A DNA stretch of 32,000 bases from Geotalea daltonii FRC-32 (lineage in GTDB: Bacteria; Desulfobacterota; Desulfuromonadia; Geobacterales; Geobacteraceae), in NCBI RefSeq assembly GCF_000022265.1, contig NC_011979.1, positions 390,001 through 422,000 on the forward strand, in the 5' to 3' direction. Shown here in pieces: positions 8,772-16,026 of this stretch (position 1 is the stretch's first letter; the number at the start of each line of letters is the position of its first letter). The translations under genes were made by a program, and so were the position numbers. The notes beneath the pieces were generated by a model. The model had not been told where the DNA came from. It saw nothing but the letters and a program-made list of their open reading frames with translations, and made no database searches.

Positions 8772-8938
8772 GGCAGTCGTGGTTTCGGGAGTGAGTGACA
8801 GCGCCGGAGCGGCGAGCGGACACCCGCCATAGGTCATTGGACGAAAATAGCGGATAACGGCGTTTCCGGAGCTGGGAAAGACGTCACTGCCAGGTCCGCA
8901 GCTCCGGCGCAGAACGAACGGACGAAGCCGCGACTGCC
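8772..8938 (+). repeat. structured intergenic repeat, copy C (inverted relative to copies A and B); candidate ncRNA or MITE-like palindromic element
   Basis: It fills the ku-ligD spacer. With the reverse complements of 27261-27433 and 28599-28770 it shares GGCAGTCG, GGGAGTGA, AGCGGCGAGCGGACACCCGCC, AGGTCCGCAGC, CGAACGGACGA and CGACTGCC in the same order. The 16-bp closing stem (8772-8787 with 8923-8938) contains two T-G pairs that are wobble-compatible only on this strand. Confidence 0.85.
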
Positions 8939-8953
8939 GGCCGCACCCCTGTC

Positions 8954-9733
8954 CTACGCCGCCTTGCGCTTTTTCTCCTCCAGACTCTTCTTCAACAGGG
9001 CCATCATGTCCACCACATTGGAGGGCTGGGGGCGTTTCCCCTGGGGCTGGGGTTGAATGCCCTGTGCCTTCTCCTCGATGATTCTTTTCAGATCATCCAT
9101 GTAGCTGTCCTTGTATTTGGCTGGGTCGAACCTGGTGGAGTACTGGTCGATAAGCATGAGGGCCAGGTCGATTTCCTGCTGGCGGAGGTTTTCACCCTGG
9201 GGAAGCTTCAGCTCGGCATGGCTTCGTACCTCCTCCTGGTAGCGCATCTGATTGAGAACCAGCACATCCTCCAGCGGCTTGACGATGCCGATGCTTCCCC
9301 TGTTGCGCAGGACGTAGGAGGCGATTCCCACCTTGCCCGATTTCTTCAGTGCTTCCCGCAGCAAGGCATACGGCTTGGCACCTGTCTTGTCCGGCTCCAG
9401 GTAATAGGGTCGCTCGAAGTATCTGCTGTCGATCTCCTGTTCGTCGACGAAATCGAGAATGTCGATGAGGTGGGTCTTTTCCACGCTGGCAATTTCAAAA
9501 TCCTGCTCGGTAAGAACAATATATTCGCCGCTGGCATGCTGGTAGCCTTTGACGATCTCGCTCATGGGTACTTCCCGGTTCTCAGCCTTGCAGACTTTGA
9601 TATAGTTTATGGGGTGCAGGTCGGTTTTGTGCAGCAGGTTCAGGTCCAGTGAGTTGCTTTCGGAACCGCTGAAAAGTTTCACCGGAATGTTAACCAGGCC
9701 GAAACTGATGGAACCGGTCCAGATGGCTTTCAT
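8954..9733 (-). CDS. ku: Ku protein (non-homologous end joining)
   Basis: MKAIWTGSISFGLVNIPVKLFSG... is the canonical bacterial Ku N-terminus. 259 aa with a basic C-terminal tail. GGGAGG lies upstream of the ATG. Confidence 0.95.
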   Translation of the reverse strand: MKAIWTGSISFGLVNIPVKLFSGSESNSLDLNLLHKTDLHPINYIKVCKAENREVPMSEIVKGYQHASGEYIVLTEQDFEIASVEKTHLIDILDFVDEQEIDSRYFERPYYLEPDKTGAKPYALLREALKKSGKVGIASYVLRNRGSIGIVKPLEDVLVLNQMRYQEEVRSHAELKLPQGENLRQQEIDLALMLIDQYSTRFDPAKYKDSYMDDLKRIIEEKAQGIQPQPQGKRPQPSNVVDMMALLKKSLEEKKRKAA

Positions 9734-9817
9734 AGGTGCCTCCCTGGTGTTATGAACAGCAGCTTGTCTGATAAAACATTACCATTTGCCATGGGCTTTG
9801 CAACGGGGAGGAGCAGG

Positions 9818-11011
9818 ATGGAAACAATGGAAGTCGCCGACCTGGAGCTGATAGAAGTCTGCTATGAAAAGGCGGTTCTTCTGCTCCATGCCAATTCCAG
9901 CGAAGCGGGTATTCTGGCGGCAACCATAACCAGGAAAGCAGCAGGGCGCAACTACACGGCCATCTTCGGACGGGACGCGGCCATCTGCGCCCTCGGCATG
10001 CTGGTCTCCGGAGACGTGGAACTGGTGCGGGTCGCCCGGCAGGGGCTCGCCACCCTGGCACAGTACCAAGCGCCCAACGGGCAGATCCCCAAATATGTGA
10101 AGCCCGAGACCGGGGAGGTGGATTTCTGGTACACCGGCTGTATCGATGCCACCCTGTGGTGGCTGATCGCCGTCAGCTTTTACGACCGCCTCTGCCCGGA
10201 AGAACACCTTGGCGCAGGCCTCGCCGAAAAATCGGCATTGGCCTTGAATTGGCTCCAATGCCAGGAGCACCAGGCCTGGTACCTTCTCCAGCAGAATGAG
10301 GCCAGCGACTGGGCCGACATCATGCCCCGATCCGGGTTTGTCCTTTACAGCAATGTGCTCTGGCACTGGGTGAAAAGGCTCTACAACCTCCCCACCGCCT
10401 GTCACACCAGGGATTATGCTAACCTGCTCTTTAACCCATATGGCAACGTCGTTCCCGAAAAGCGCCGCCCCCGACTCCTTGTCCATTACATCCGCAACCG
10501 GTCCAAAGGTACCCCCTTTTACCTCAGCTTCGTCAATTTCACCGTCTGGGGGATGGAGATCGACGTCTTCGGTAACGTCCTTGCAGCCTTGACCGGGCTG
10601 GCCGCTCCATCGCGGGGATGCGAGCTGGTCAGGGCCATTCTGGCCCTGGAGGCGCACCGCCCCTTTCCGCTCCGGGTGGTGGGGCGGCCGATCCAGATCC
10701 GTGAGCCGCTCTGGCGGCTTTACATGCACCGCCACCGCCAGAACTTCCCGTGGCAGTACCATAATGGCGGCATCTGGCCCTTTGCCGGCGGATTCTGGGT
10801 AATGCTGCTGGCCCGCCTGGGCAAGAGGGAAAAAGCCCTGGTCGAATTGACCCGGTTGGCTCGGGCCAATCAGGTGAACGACTGGGAGTTTAACGAGTGG
10901 TTCCATGGCGTGACCGGAGAGCCCTTGGGCATGGTGGGACAGTCATGGAACGCAGCCATGTTCATCCTGGCCTTCCGCACGGTCATCGACAAAAAGCGCT
11001 ACGTTTACTGA
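9818..11011 (+). CDS. (alpha/alpha)6-barrel glycoside hydrolase, GH100 (alkaline/neutral invertase) / amylo-alpha-1,6-glucosidase-like
   Basis: Motifs AIFGRDAAICALGM, NGQIPKYV, WYTGCIDATLWWLI, NEASDWADIMPRSG, YHNGGIWPFAGGFW and GQSWNAAMFILA. The track ORF starts at 9752, but the ATG at 9818 (METMEV) has GGAGGAG 4-5 nt upstream and leaves room for the divergent ku promoter. Confidence 0.7.
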   Translation: METMEVADLELIEVCYEKAVLLLHANSSEAGILAATITRKAAGRNYTAIFGRDAAICALGMLVSGDVELVRVARQGLATLAQYQAPNGQIPKYVKPETGEVDFWYTGCIDATLWWLIAVSFYDRLCPEEHLGAGLAEKSALALNWLQCQEHQAWYLLQQNEASDWADIMPRSGFVLYSNVLWHWVKRLYNLPTACHTRDYANLLFNPYGNVVPEKRRPRLLVHYIRNRSKGTPFYLSFVNFTVWGMEIDVFGNVLAALTGLAAPSRGCELVRAILALEAHRPFPLRVVGRPIQIREPLWRLYMHRHRQNFPWQYHNGGIWPFAGGFWVMLLARLGKREKALVELTRLARANQVNDWEFNEWFHGVTGEPLGMVGQSWNAAMFILAFRTVIDKKRYVY

Positions 11012-11106
11012 ACGGATGGCGGGCGCGGTTGCCCCCCCGGCCGGGTCTGGTATGCTTCTAAAAAGACTTGTATATTCGCCACCGGTAAAATCTGCGGGAG
11101 GTAATC

Positions 11107-11499
11107 ATGGCAAAGCTTTTGTCGGAACAGTTCGAGATCACGGCGGACGATCTTAAATCAAGGATGAAGAGCGGCAAGCCGGTTTTTCTCGTCAACCTGC
11201 GCCATCATGGGGACTGGGATGTCGGCCTGATCAAGGCGCGGGGGGCGCTGAGGGTTGCCGATGACGAGTTGGAGCAGCATCTGGGGGAAATTCCCCATGA
11301 CCAGGAAATAGTCATCTGCTACCTGGGACCGGGAGATCGACCAAGCGTGGAAGTGGCGCAGATGCTGCAACGAAAGGGTTGGCGGGATGTGCATCCTTTG
11401 AGGGGGGGATTCAGCGCCTACCTGGATGCCGGGCTGCCGGTGGAAGACCTGAAGGGAAGAAGTATCGCCAAAAAGAGGATGCTGCTCAGCGGCGCCTGA
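11107..11499 (+). CDS. rhodanese-like domain protein
   Basis: 130 aa. Pattern ...VFLVNLR...GLIKARGALRV...EIVICYLGPGDRPSVEVAQML...GWRDVHPLRGGFSAYLDAGLPVE, with a Cys-containing active-site-like loop. GGGAGG RBS. Confidence 0.7.
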   Translation: MAKLLSEQFEITADDLKSRMKSGKPVFLVNLRHHGDWDVGLIKARGALRVADDELEQHLGEIPHDQEIVICYLGPGDRPSVEVAQMLQRKGWRDVHPLRGGFSAYLDAGLPVEDLKGRSIAKKRMLLSGA

Positions 11500-11518
11500 G
11501 GGTCGAATTCAGCATCGG

Positions 11519-12280
11519 TTACTCCCATTTCCCTTCAAAAAGCGGCTTCACCGGATGCTCCTTCCTGTTCAGCTTGAGATCAGTGAAAATATCGGCCGAG
11601 GCCCCGGTTTCCTTATCGGTGCTGAGGCCGATCCCCAGTTCCTCCCCCGGTTTCTCCTCTGCCCCGATCAGCATCAGCTCCGTTCCCGGATAGTCCAGCA
11701 ATTCGGGAGGGTCGGCATCGGCGAAGCGGCGATCGCGAAAAGCAGCCAACAGTTCCTGGGGATATCCCGCCTTTTGTCCGCTCTTGAGGCCGGTCCCGGG
11801 GGGTGAAGTCTTGCCGGGGTTCTTGACGCTGATGATGTAGCTCCCTTCGGTTGCGATGTTCAAGGCGCGCTGCACCTGACGCGGTTGCTCAGGGAGTTCG
11901 AGGGAATAGGCCAGATGGGTGTGGTTGTCGTGCCTGACGATAGCATAAATTCCTTCCCCGGCAGGCCTTGCCGCAGGCACCTCCCGTTCTCCCCGGGTCT
12001 TTGTGGAATATTCCAGCTCCCCAAACTCCTCTTCCAGTTCCTTGGCCTGCCGGGTGACATTTTTGACGAAAGCCCAGTTCCGTTCCTTTTTCCTGATGCC
12101 CGGCAGGGCCTTCTGACCGATGATTATCTCACGAAAGATGTTTTTCCCCTCAGGGCTCAGGACCATGTAGAAGCGCTCCACATCACGCTCCCCCCTGGCC
12201 TGCTCCTTTTGCACCTTGGGGCGGTAGAGGAAATAGATATTGCCCCGTTCGAGGATGCCCGTTCCTTTTATTTGAGCCAT
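11519..12280 (-). CDS. conserved hypothetical protein (253 aa), third gene of the holin-X/DUF3618 operon
   Basis: Clean ORF whose start shares one base with the upstream stop (TGATG). Sequence blocks GNIYFLYRPKV, ERFYMVLSP, GIYAIVRHDNHTHLAYSLELP and GSYIISVKNP look like a globular conserved protein, but I cannot name the family. Confidence 0.6.
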   Translation of the reverse strand: MAQIKGTGILERGNIYFLYRPKVQKEQARGERDVERFYMVLSPEGKNIFREIIIGQKALPGIRKKERNWAFVKNVTRQAKELEEEFGELEYSTKTRGEREVPAARPAGEGIYAIVRHDNHTHLAYSLELPEQPRQVQRALNIATEGSYIISVKNPGKTSPPGTGLKSGQKAGYPQELLAAFRDRRFADADPPELLDYPGTELMLIGAEEKPGEELGIGLSTDKETGASADIFTDLKLNRKEHPVKPLFEGKWE

Positions 12281-12816
12281 CAGTACACGTTCTCCCTCAC
12301 TGTTTCGGGAAAGGCACCGGCACGGGGCACTTCCGTAACGGTGACTGCCTTCGCCCCGGCCGGTGTCCTTTGCCCGCTTTTAGACTGCAGATAAATAGCT
12401 CTGGCAGCGGTTCCGGCGGCAATGGCAATTCTCAGGATCGACAGGTAATGTTTCATGGTTTTGACCGGGTTCTTCTTCATTTTACGGGGCATTACCTCCA
12501 TCAGTGCGGCACCTGGAAGTTCCGCCTCAGGCCGGGGTTTCTTTTTCTTGCGGAAGATGAGCCACAATGCACCCACTCCGATCAGGGCTGCGGGGACGGG
12601 TTTCTTTTTCACCGCCTCCGTTATCTTGACCAGCCCGGTAAGCGAATATTCCCTCAGTTTTACCTTCGCCTCAGCCTTCATATGGGCCGGTGCGAACCGT
12701 TTCTCGATGGTTTGCAGGGTATCCGTTATCTCTGCTTCCGTGTAACGGATCTCTTCCCGTATCCGGTCGGTCTGGTTCGGCGTCACCTGACCGGTTTCAT
12801 CTGTGCTTTTGCCCAT
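12280..12816 (-). CDS. DUF3618-domain membrane protein
   Basis: MGKSTDETGQVTPNQTDRIREEIRYTEAEITDTLQTIEKRF..., then a basic TM segment PVPAALIGVGALWLIF. The ATG at 12816 has AAGGAG 8 nt upstream and overlaps the upstream gene by 34 nt. An alternative GTG at 12786 gives a GTGA overlap. The track's 12951 start was rejected. Confidence 0.7.
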   Translation of the reverse strand: MGKSTDETGQVTPNQTDRIREEIRYTEAEITDTLQTIEKRFAPAHMKAEAKVKLREYSLTGLVKITEAVKKKPVPAALIGVGALWLIFRKKKKPRPEAELPGAALMEVMPRKMKKNPVKTMKHYLSILRIAIAAGTAARAIYLQSKSGQRTPAGAKAVTVTEVPRAGAFPETVRENVY

Positions 12817-13181
12817 TGAGCAGTCTCCTTGAAGGTCTCTTTGGATTTTTCCGGCGCCAGCTTCATCTGCGACACATCTTTTTTTGCCTTGACCAGCAGC
12901 GCACCACCGATACCGATGAAGACAATGCTGATCAACAGGGCGGAGAGCCACAGGGGAATGAAGACAGCCAGACCGAAGACCATGGCGGCAATAAATGTCA
13001 ACAGCCCGGCGTAAAGCAAGACAGCGGCGATACCTACGGCTACCAGATCCTTCTTGAGTCCTTCGACTTTCTCCGAGAGCTCGACCCTCATCAACTCTAC
13101 TTCTTTTTTGAAGAGAGTCCTGGTTTCCTGGATCAGTTCCGAAAACAGATCACCTAAAGGCCTGTCTTTTTTTTCTGTCAT
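12783..13181 (-). CDS. phage holin family protein (Holin-X / holin superfamily III-like, PF07332-type)
   Basis: MTEKKDRPLGDLFSELIQETRTLFKKEVELMRVELSEKV... followed by two TM helices and ...ETFKETAQWAK. This is the typical architecture of the family. The start was trimmed to the ATG at 13181. Confidence 0.7.
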   Translation of the reverse strand: MTEKKDRPLGDLFSELIQETRTLFKKEVELMRVELSEKVEGLKKDLVAVGIAAVLLYAGLLTFIAAMVFGLAVFIPLWLSALLISIVFIGIGGALLVKAKKDVSQMKLAPEKSKETFKETAQWAKAQMKPVR

Positions 13182-13329
13182 AAGCGCCCCCTTTCTGCCA
13201 ATGATAGCAGAGGCTTGGTTAGCTATATTTAATTTTATTGGCCGCAACAGGTAATGTCAATGAAGCTGCCTGACAAAAAGTTGGGAGGCTAAACAATTGT
13301 GTCTCTAATAAAAAAATACTAATTCTGCA

Positions 13330-13357
13330 TTGACAGGCCAACGACGTCGATTACACT
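13330..13357 (+). promoter_or_regulatory. sigma70-like promoter candidate for the lipoprotein gene
   Basis: TTGACA (13330-13335), a 16-nt spacer, then TACACT (13352-13357), about 80 nt upstream of the ATG at 13435. Confidence 0.35.
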
Positions 13358-13434
13358 CAAAATTAGAAGTCAGTCCTCACTTTTCATCATTCCCAGCAGC
13401 CTGACGTTGCTATCAACATAAAAAGGAGAATCGG

Positions 13435-13842
13435 ATGAAAAAATACATGTTATTGGCGGCAGCATCTCTCTTCCTCGGTCTGACCGGCTGCGCGAAAGAA
13501 GTTGTAGTTCCTCCTTCAGCGGAATTGCCCGCAGTAATTGGCGAGGCAAAGGCCACTAAAGACCCCAATGGTAATACCCGTGTCCGTCTAAGGGTGGAAC
13601 ACATGGCTCCGCCGCAGAATCTGCAGCCGCCAAAGTCCGTATATGTGGTCTGGGTCGAGACGCCGGAAAAACAAAGATTCAACCTGGGTCAGCTCCGGGT
13701 CGACGAAAAACGGCGGGGGCAGCTGGATGCCACAACTGCTTTCAAGGTTTTCAGGCTGGTTGTCACCCCGGAGGACTTCCCCACGGTTACCGAGCCGACC
13801 GGTCCGGAAGTGCTTGCAACCGGGGTGCTGGAAGCCAAATAA
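13435..13842 (+). CDS. hypothetical lipoprotein
   Basis: MKKYMLLAAASLFLGLTGC has a signal peptide plus a lipobox (LTGC). AAGGAG RBS. 135 aa. Confidence 0.7.
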   Translation: MKKYMLLAAASLFLGLTGCAKEVVVPPSAELPAVIGEAKATKDPNGNTRVRLRVEHMAPPQNLQPPKSVYVVWVETPEKQRFNLGQLRVDEKRRGQLDATTAFKVFRLVVTPEDFPTVTEPTGPEVLATGVLEAK

Positions 13843-14049
13843 GGAGCATGAAAAACGACATCTTAGCTGTTTCCATCCGGAAAGGGTTCTTTTCTGCCTT
13901 GGCGGCGTCAATCTGCGGGCTTGCTTGTGCTGCGTACCGATGTACGCCTCCGCGCAACCCCTTGATTTCCTTGCCAGGACAAAAAATCCCTCATTTCCGG
14001 TCTGGAAACTGCTAGTGTCACATCCGGAGTTTCCGGATGGACACTAGCT

Positions 14050-14077
14050 AAAAACAAAGGCGGCCTGCGGGCCGCCT
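14050..14077 (-). terminator. rho-independent terminator after DUF1328 gene
   Basis: Stem AGGCGGCC / GGCCGCCT (14058-14065 / 14070-14077). On the minus strand it is followed by TTTGTTTTT. Confidence 0.75.
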
Positions 14078-14096
14078 CGCAAATCGTGCCGGAAAC

Positions 14097-14276
14097 TTAG
14101 TGCCGGGTGATCTTGGTTCCCGCTGTGATGCCGAGGATCAGCATGATGAGAGCAACCACCAGGAAGAGGATGAAGAGAAACTTTGCGATACCGGCAGCGG
14201 CAGAGGCTATTCCGGTAAATCCGAACACAGCAGCGACAATGGCTATGATGAAAAAGATAGCTGCCCAACGTAGCAT
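14097..14276 (-). CDS. DUF1328 (UPF0391, YtjA-like) small membrane protein, 59 aa
   Basis: Below the 60-aa cutoff of the ORF track. The minus-strand translation is [66 protein letters not shown] lies 7 nt upstream and a terminator lies downstream. The listed ORF 14044..14286(-) is the wrong frame. Confidence 0.8.
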   Translation of the reverse strand: MLRWAAIFFIIAIVAAVFGFTGIASAAAGIAKFLFILFLVVALIMLILGITAGTKITRH

Positions 14277-14436
14277 GGCGATTCACCTCCCCATTGATTT
14301 GCCTTCATAATAAGTATATCACCGTGAAAGAAGATGCAGCAACAGGCTGAAATCTTCTGGGAAGGAAGGAGATGCATGTTCGATGCGATCATCTGGAGAG
14401 GCATTTTCGTGGGTTGCTGACATTTGCACCAAATGA

Positions 14437-14462
14437 GAGCCCTTCAATGAATTGAAGGGCTC
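14437..14462 (-). terminator. hairpin after the Gly/Thr-rich lipoprotein gene (no clean U-tract)
   Basis: 11-bp perfect stem GAGCCCTTCAA / TTGAAGGGCTC with a 4-nt loop, 7 nt after the stop at 14469. Confidence 0.5.
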
Positions 14463-14468
14463 CTGTAA

Positions 14469-14762
14469 TTATCTTCCGCCACTGGTCATGACGCCAAACG
14501 TGCCACCGGCGCCAGTGCCGGTATCCGTGCCGCCGCCTGTGCCGGTACCTGTGCTGCCGCCGGTTCCGGTGCCGCTTGTCCCACCAGTATCAGTTCCGGT
14601 TCCTCCTGTCGATCCGCCGGTTCCGCTACCGGAGGTGCCACCTGTATCACCGCCGGTTCCACCACCGGTACCCCCCTCTTTTTTACACCCGGTGCTAAAG
14701 ACCATTCCACCTAGAGCAATCAGCGCTGCAATTGTATAAACCGCTTTTTTCACACTTTTCAT
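14469..14762 (-). CDS. small secreted/lipoprotein-like protein with Gly/Thr/Ser-rich low-complexity repeats
   Basis: MKSVKKAVYTIAALIALGGMVFSTGC signal with a Cys, then about 65 residues of (G/T/S)-GG-type repeats. GAGGAGG RBS. The overlapping + strand Pro/Val ORF is its mirror image. Confidence 0.6.
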   Translation of the reverse strand: MKSVKKAVYTIAALIALGGMVFSTGCKKEGGTGGGTGGDTGGTSGSGTGGSTGGTGTDTGGTSGTGTGGSTGTGTGGGTDTGTGAGGTFGVMTSGGR

Positions 14763-14923
14763 CGCTGTCCTCCTCTTTGGTATCGTTTGTCTTTTCGCTC
14801 ATATGAAAGTCTAACTGATAATTCCGGACAGTAAATATATTTTAATATTGCCCGGCGCGATCTGAAAGATGTTGTAAAATTGCCTATTGAGAATCTGAGT
14901 TCAGGATGCTGCGAGGTACCTGT

Positions 14924-16006
14924 ATGGATAAAAGAGTTTACCTCAGTATAATCGGCGCCATTGCCACTGCCGGAATTGCCGCCCTGCTCGGTCTTCTGGC
15001 AGCACCCATCCTGGAGCCCCTCGCCTGGGCACTGATCATAGGCATCGCAACAATACCCTATTACAACCGGTTGACACAGAGAATTCCAAATAGGCCAGGG
15101 AGATGCGCCGGACTGATGGTGCTGGCCGTAACCGTCTGTTTCGTCCTGCCCATTGCCGGACTTATCACCACCATTGCCCAGAATGCCCCGGCATGGTTTC
15201 AGACGGCCCAGGGGCTGGTAAGAGATTTTGCCACGTCGGGATCTACCATCCTGCACCGCATTCCCTTCATCGACAGAATAACTTCGTTGGTGGAAAAGAG
15301 TGGTATCGATGTGGGGGGCTATGCTGCCAAGTCTGCCGGGCCGATCTCCGGCGGAATCGTCAATGCTGCTACCAACATGGCCAAAGGTCTGGCAGAACTG
15401 ATGTTCATTCTGGTCGTGGCCCTGTTCATTCTCTTCTTCGTTTACCGCGACGGCGAAAGAGTCATGTCCACGGCCGTAACCCGCTTTGCTCCGGATGGAA
15501 ACAACATGCGCCGCTACCTTTCCCGGATCCGAGCCACGACAACCGCCGTAGCCGTGGGCACCCTCTTTACCTGCCTGGTTCAGGGAATCATCGCCGGCAT
15601 CGGTTATTTTTTCGCCGACGTCCCGGCACCGGTTCTCTTTGCCGGCCTGACATCCGTTGCAGCGTTGGTGCCCGTGGTCGGGACAGCTATCATCTGGGTT
15701 CCCCTTGCCGCTTATGTGGCTTTCAAGGGGGCATACGTTACAGCCGGCCTTCTTGCCCTCTGGTGCGTCTTCATGGTCGGTCTTGCCGACAACGCCATCC
15801 GTCCCATCGCCGTTGGGGCCAAGGGGAACGTGCCTGTCCCGGCAGTGGTGCTGGGGGCAATCTGCGGTGTGACCACCATTGGTCTTCTCGGCCTGATTCT
15901 CGGGCCTATCATTTTTGCCACGGTTATCAATCTCTGGCATGAGCTGGCCACCGTTGAAAGGTCGGAGACCGCTCAAGGGGAAGAGACAAGACCCCCATCA
16001 GACTGA
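14924..16006 (+). CDS. AI-2E family transporter (PerM/UPF0118)
   Basis: About 360-aa polytopic protein with the family's usual layout (...FILFFVYRDGERV...ALVPVVGTAIIWVPLA...). The ATG at 14924 has GAGG 7 nt upstream. The track start at 14906 is possible. Confidence 0.85.
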   Translation: MDKRVYLSIIGAIATAGIAALLGLLAAPILEPLAWALIIGIATIPYYNRLTQRIPNRPGRCAGLMVLAVTVCFVLPIAGLITTIAQNAPAWFQTAQGLVRDFATSGSTILHRIPFIDRITSLVEKSGIDVGGYAAKSAGPISGGIVNAATNMAKGLAELMFILVVALFILFFVYRDGERVMSTAVTRFAPDGNNMRRYLSRIRATTTAVAVGTLFTCLVQGIIAGIGYFFADVPAPVLFAGLTSVAALVPVVGTAIIWVPLAAYVAFKGAYVTAGLLALWCVFMVGLADNAIRPIAVGAKGNVPVPAVVLGAICGVTTIGLLGLILGPIIFATVINLWHELATVERSETAQGEETRPPSD

Positions 16007-16026
16007 AATCCGGAAGTGCAGGTGTA

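Noticed and set aside
13848-14015. 55-codon + strand ORF (MKNDILAVSIRKGFFSALAASICGLACAAYRCTPPRNPLISLPGQKIPHFRSGNC) directly after the lipoprotein gene.
   Set aside because: The only SD-like sequence (AAGGAG) ends 1 nt before the ATG, which is too close. The composition is unremarkable and I recognise no family. It could be a real small Cys-rich peptide but is unsupported.
14376-14420. 14-codon ORF (MFDAIIWRGIFVGC) with AAGGAG 4 nt upstream, followed by a strong hairpin.
   Set aside because: No gene lies downstream on the + strand for it to regulate, because the hairpin serves the convergent gene. It is too short to evaluate from sequence alone.
14480-14700. Short periodic GGT/ACC-rich repeats that could superficially resemble an array.
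   Set aside because: The periodicity is 9-15 nt, there is no repeat-spacer organisation, and the region is fully explained by the Gly/Thr-rich coding sequence.
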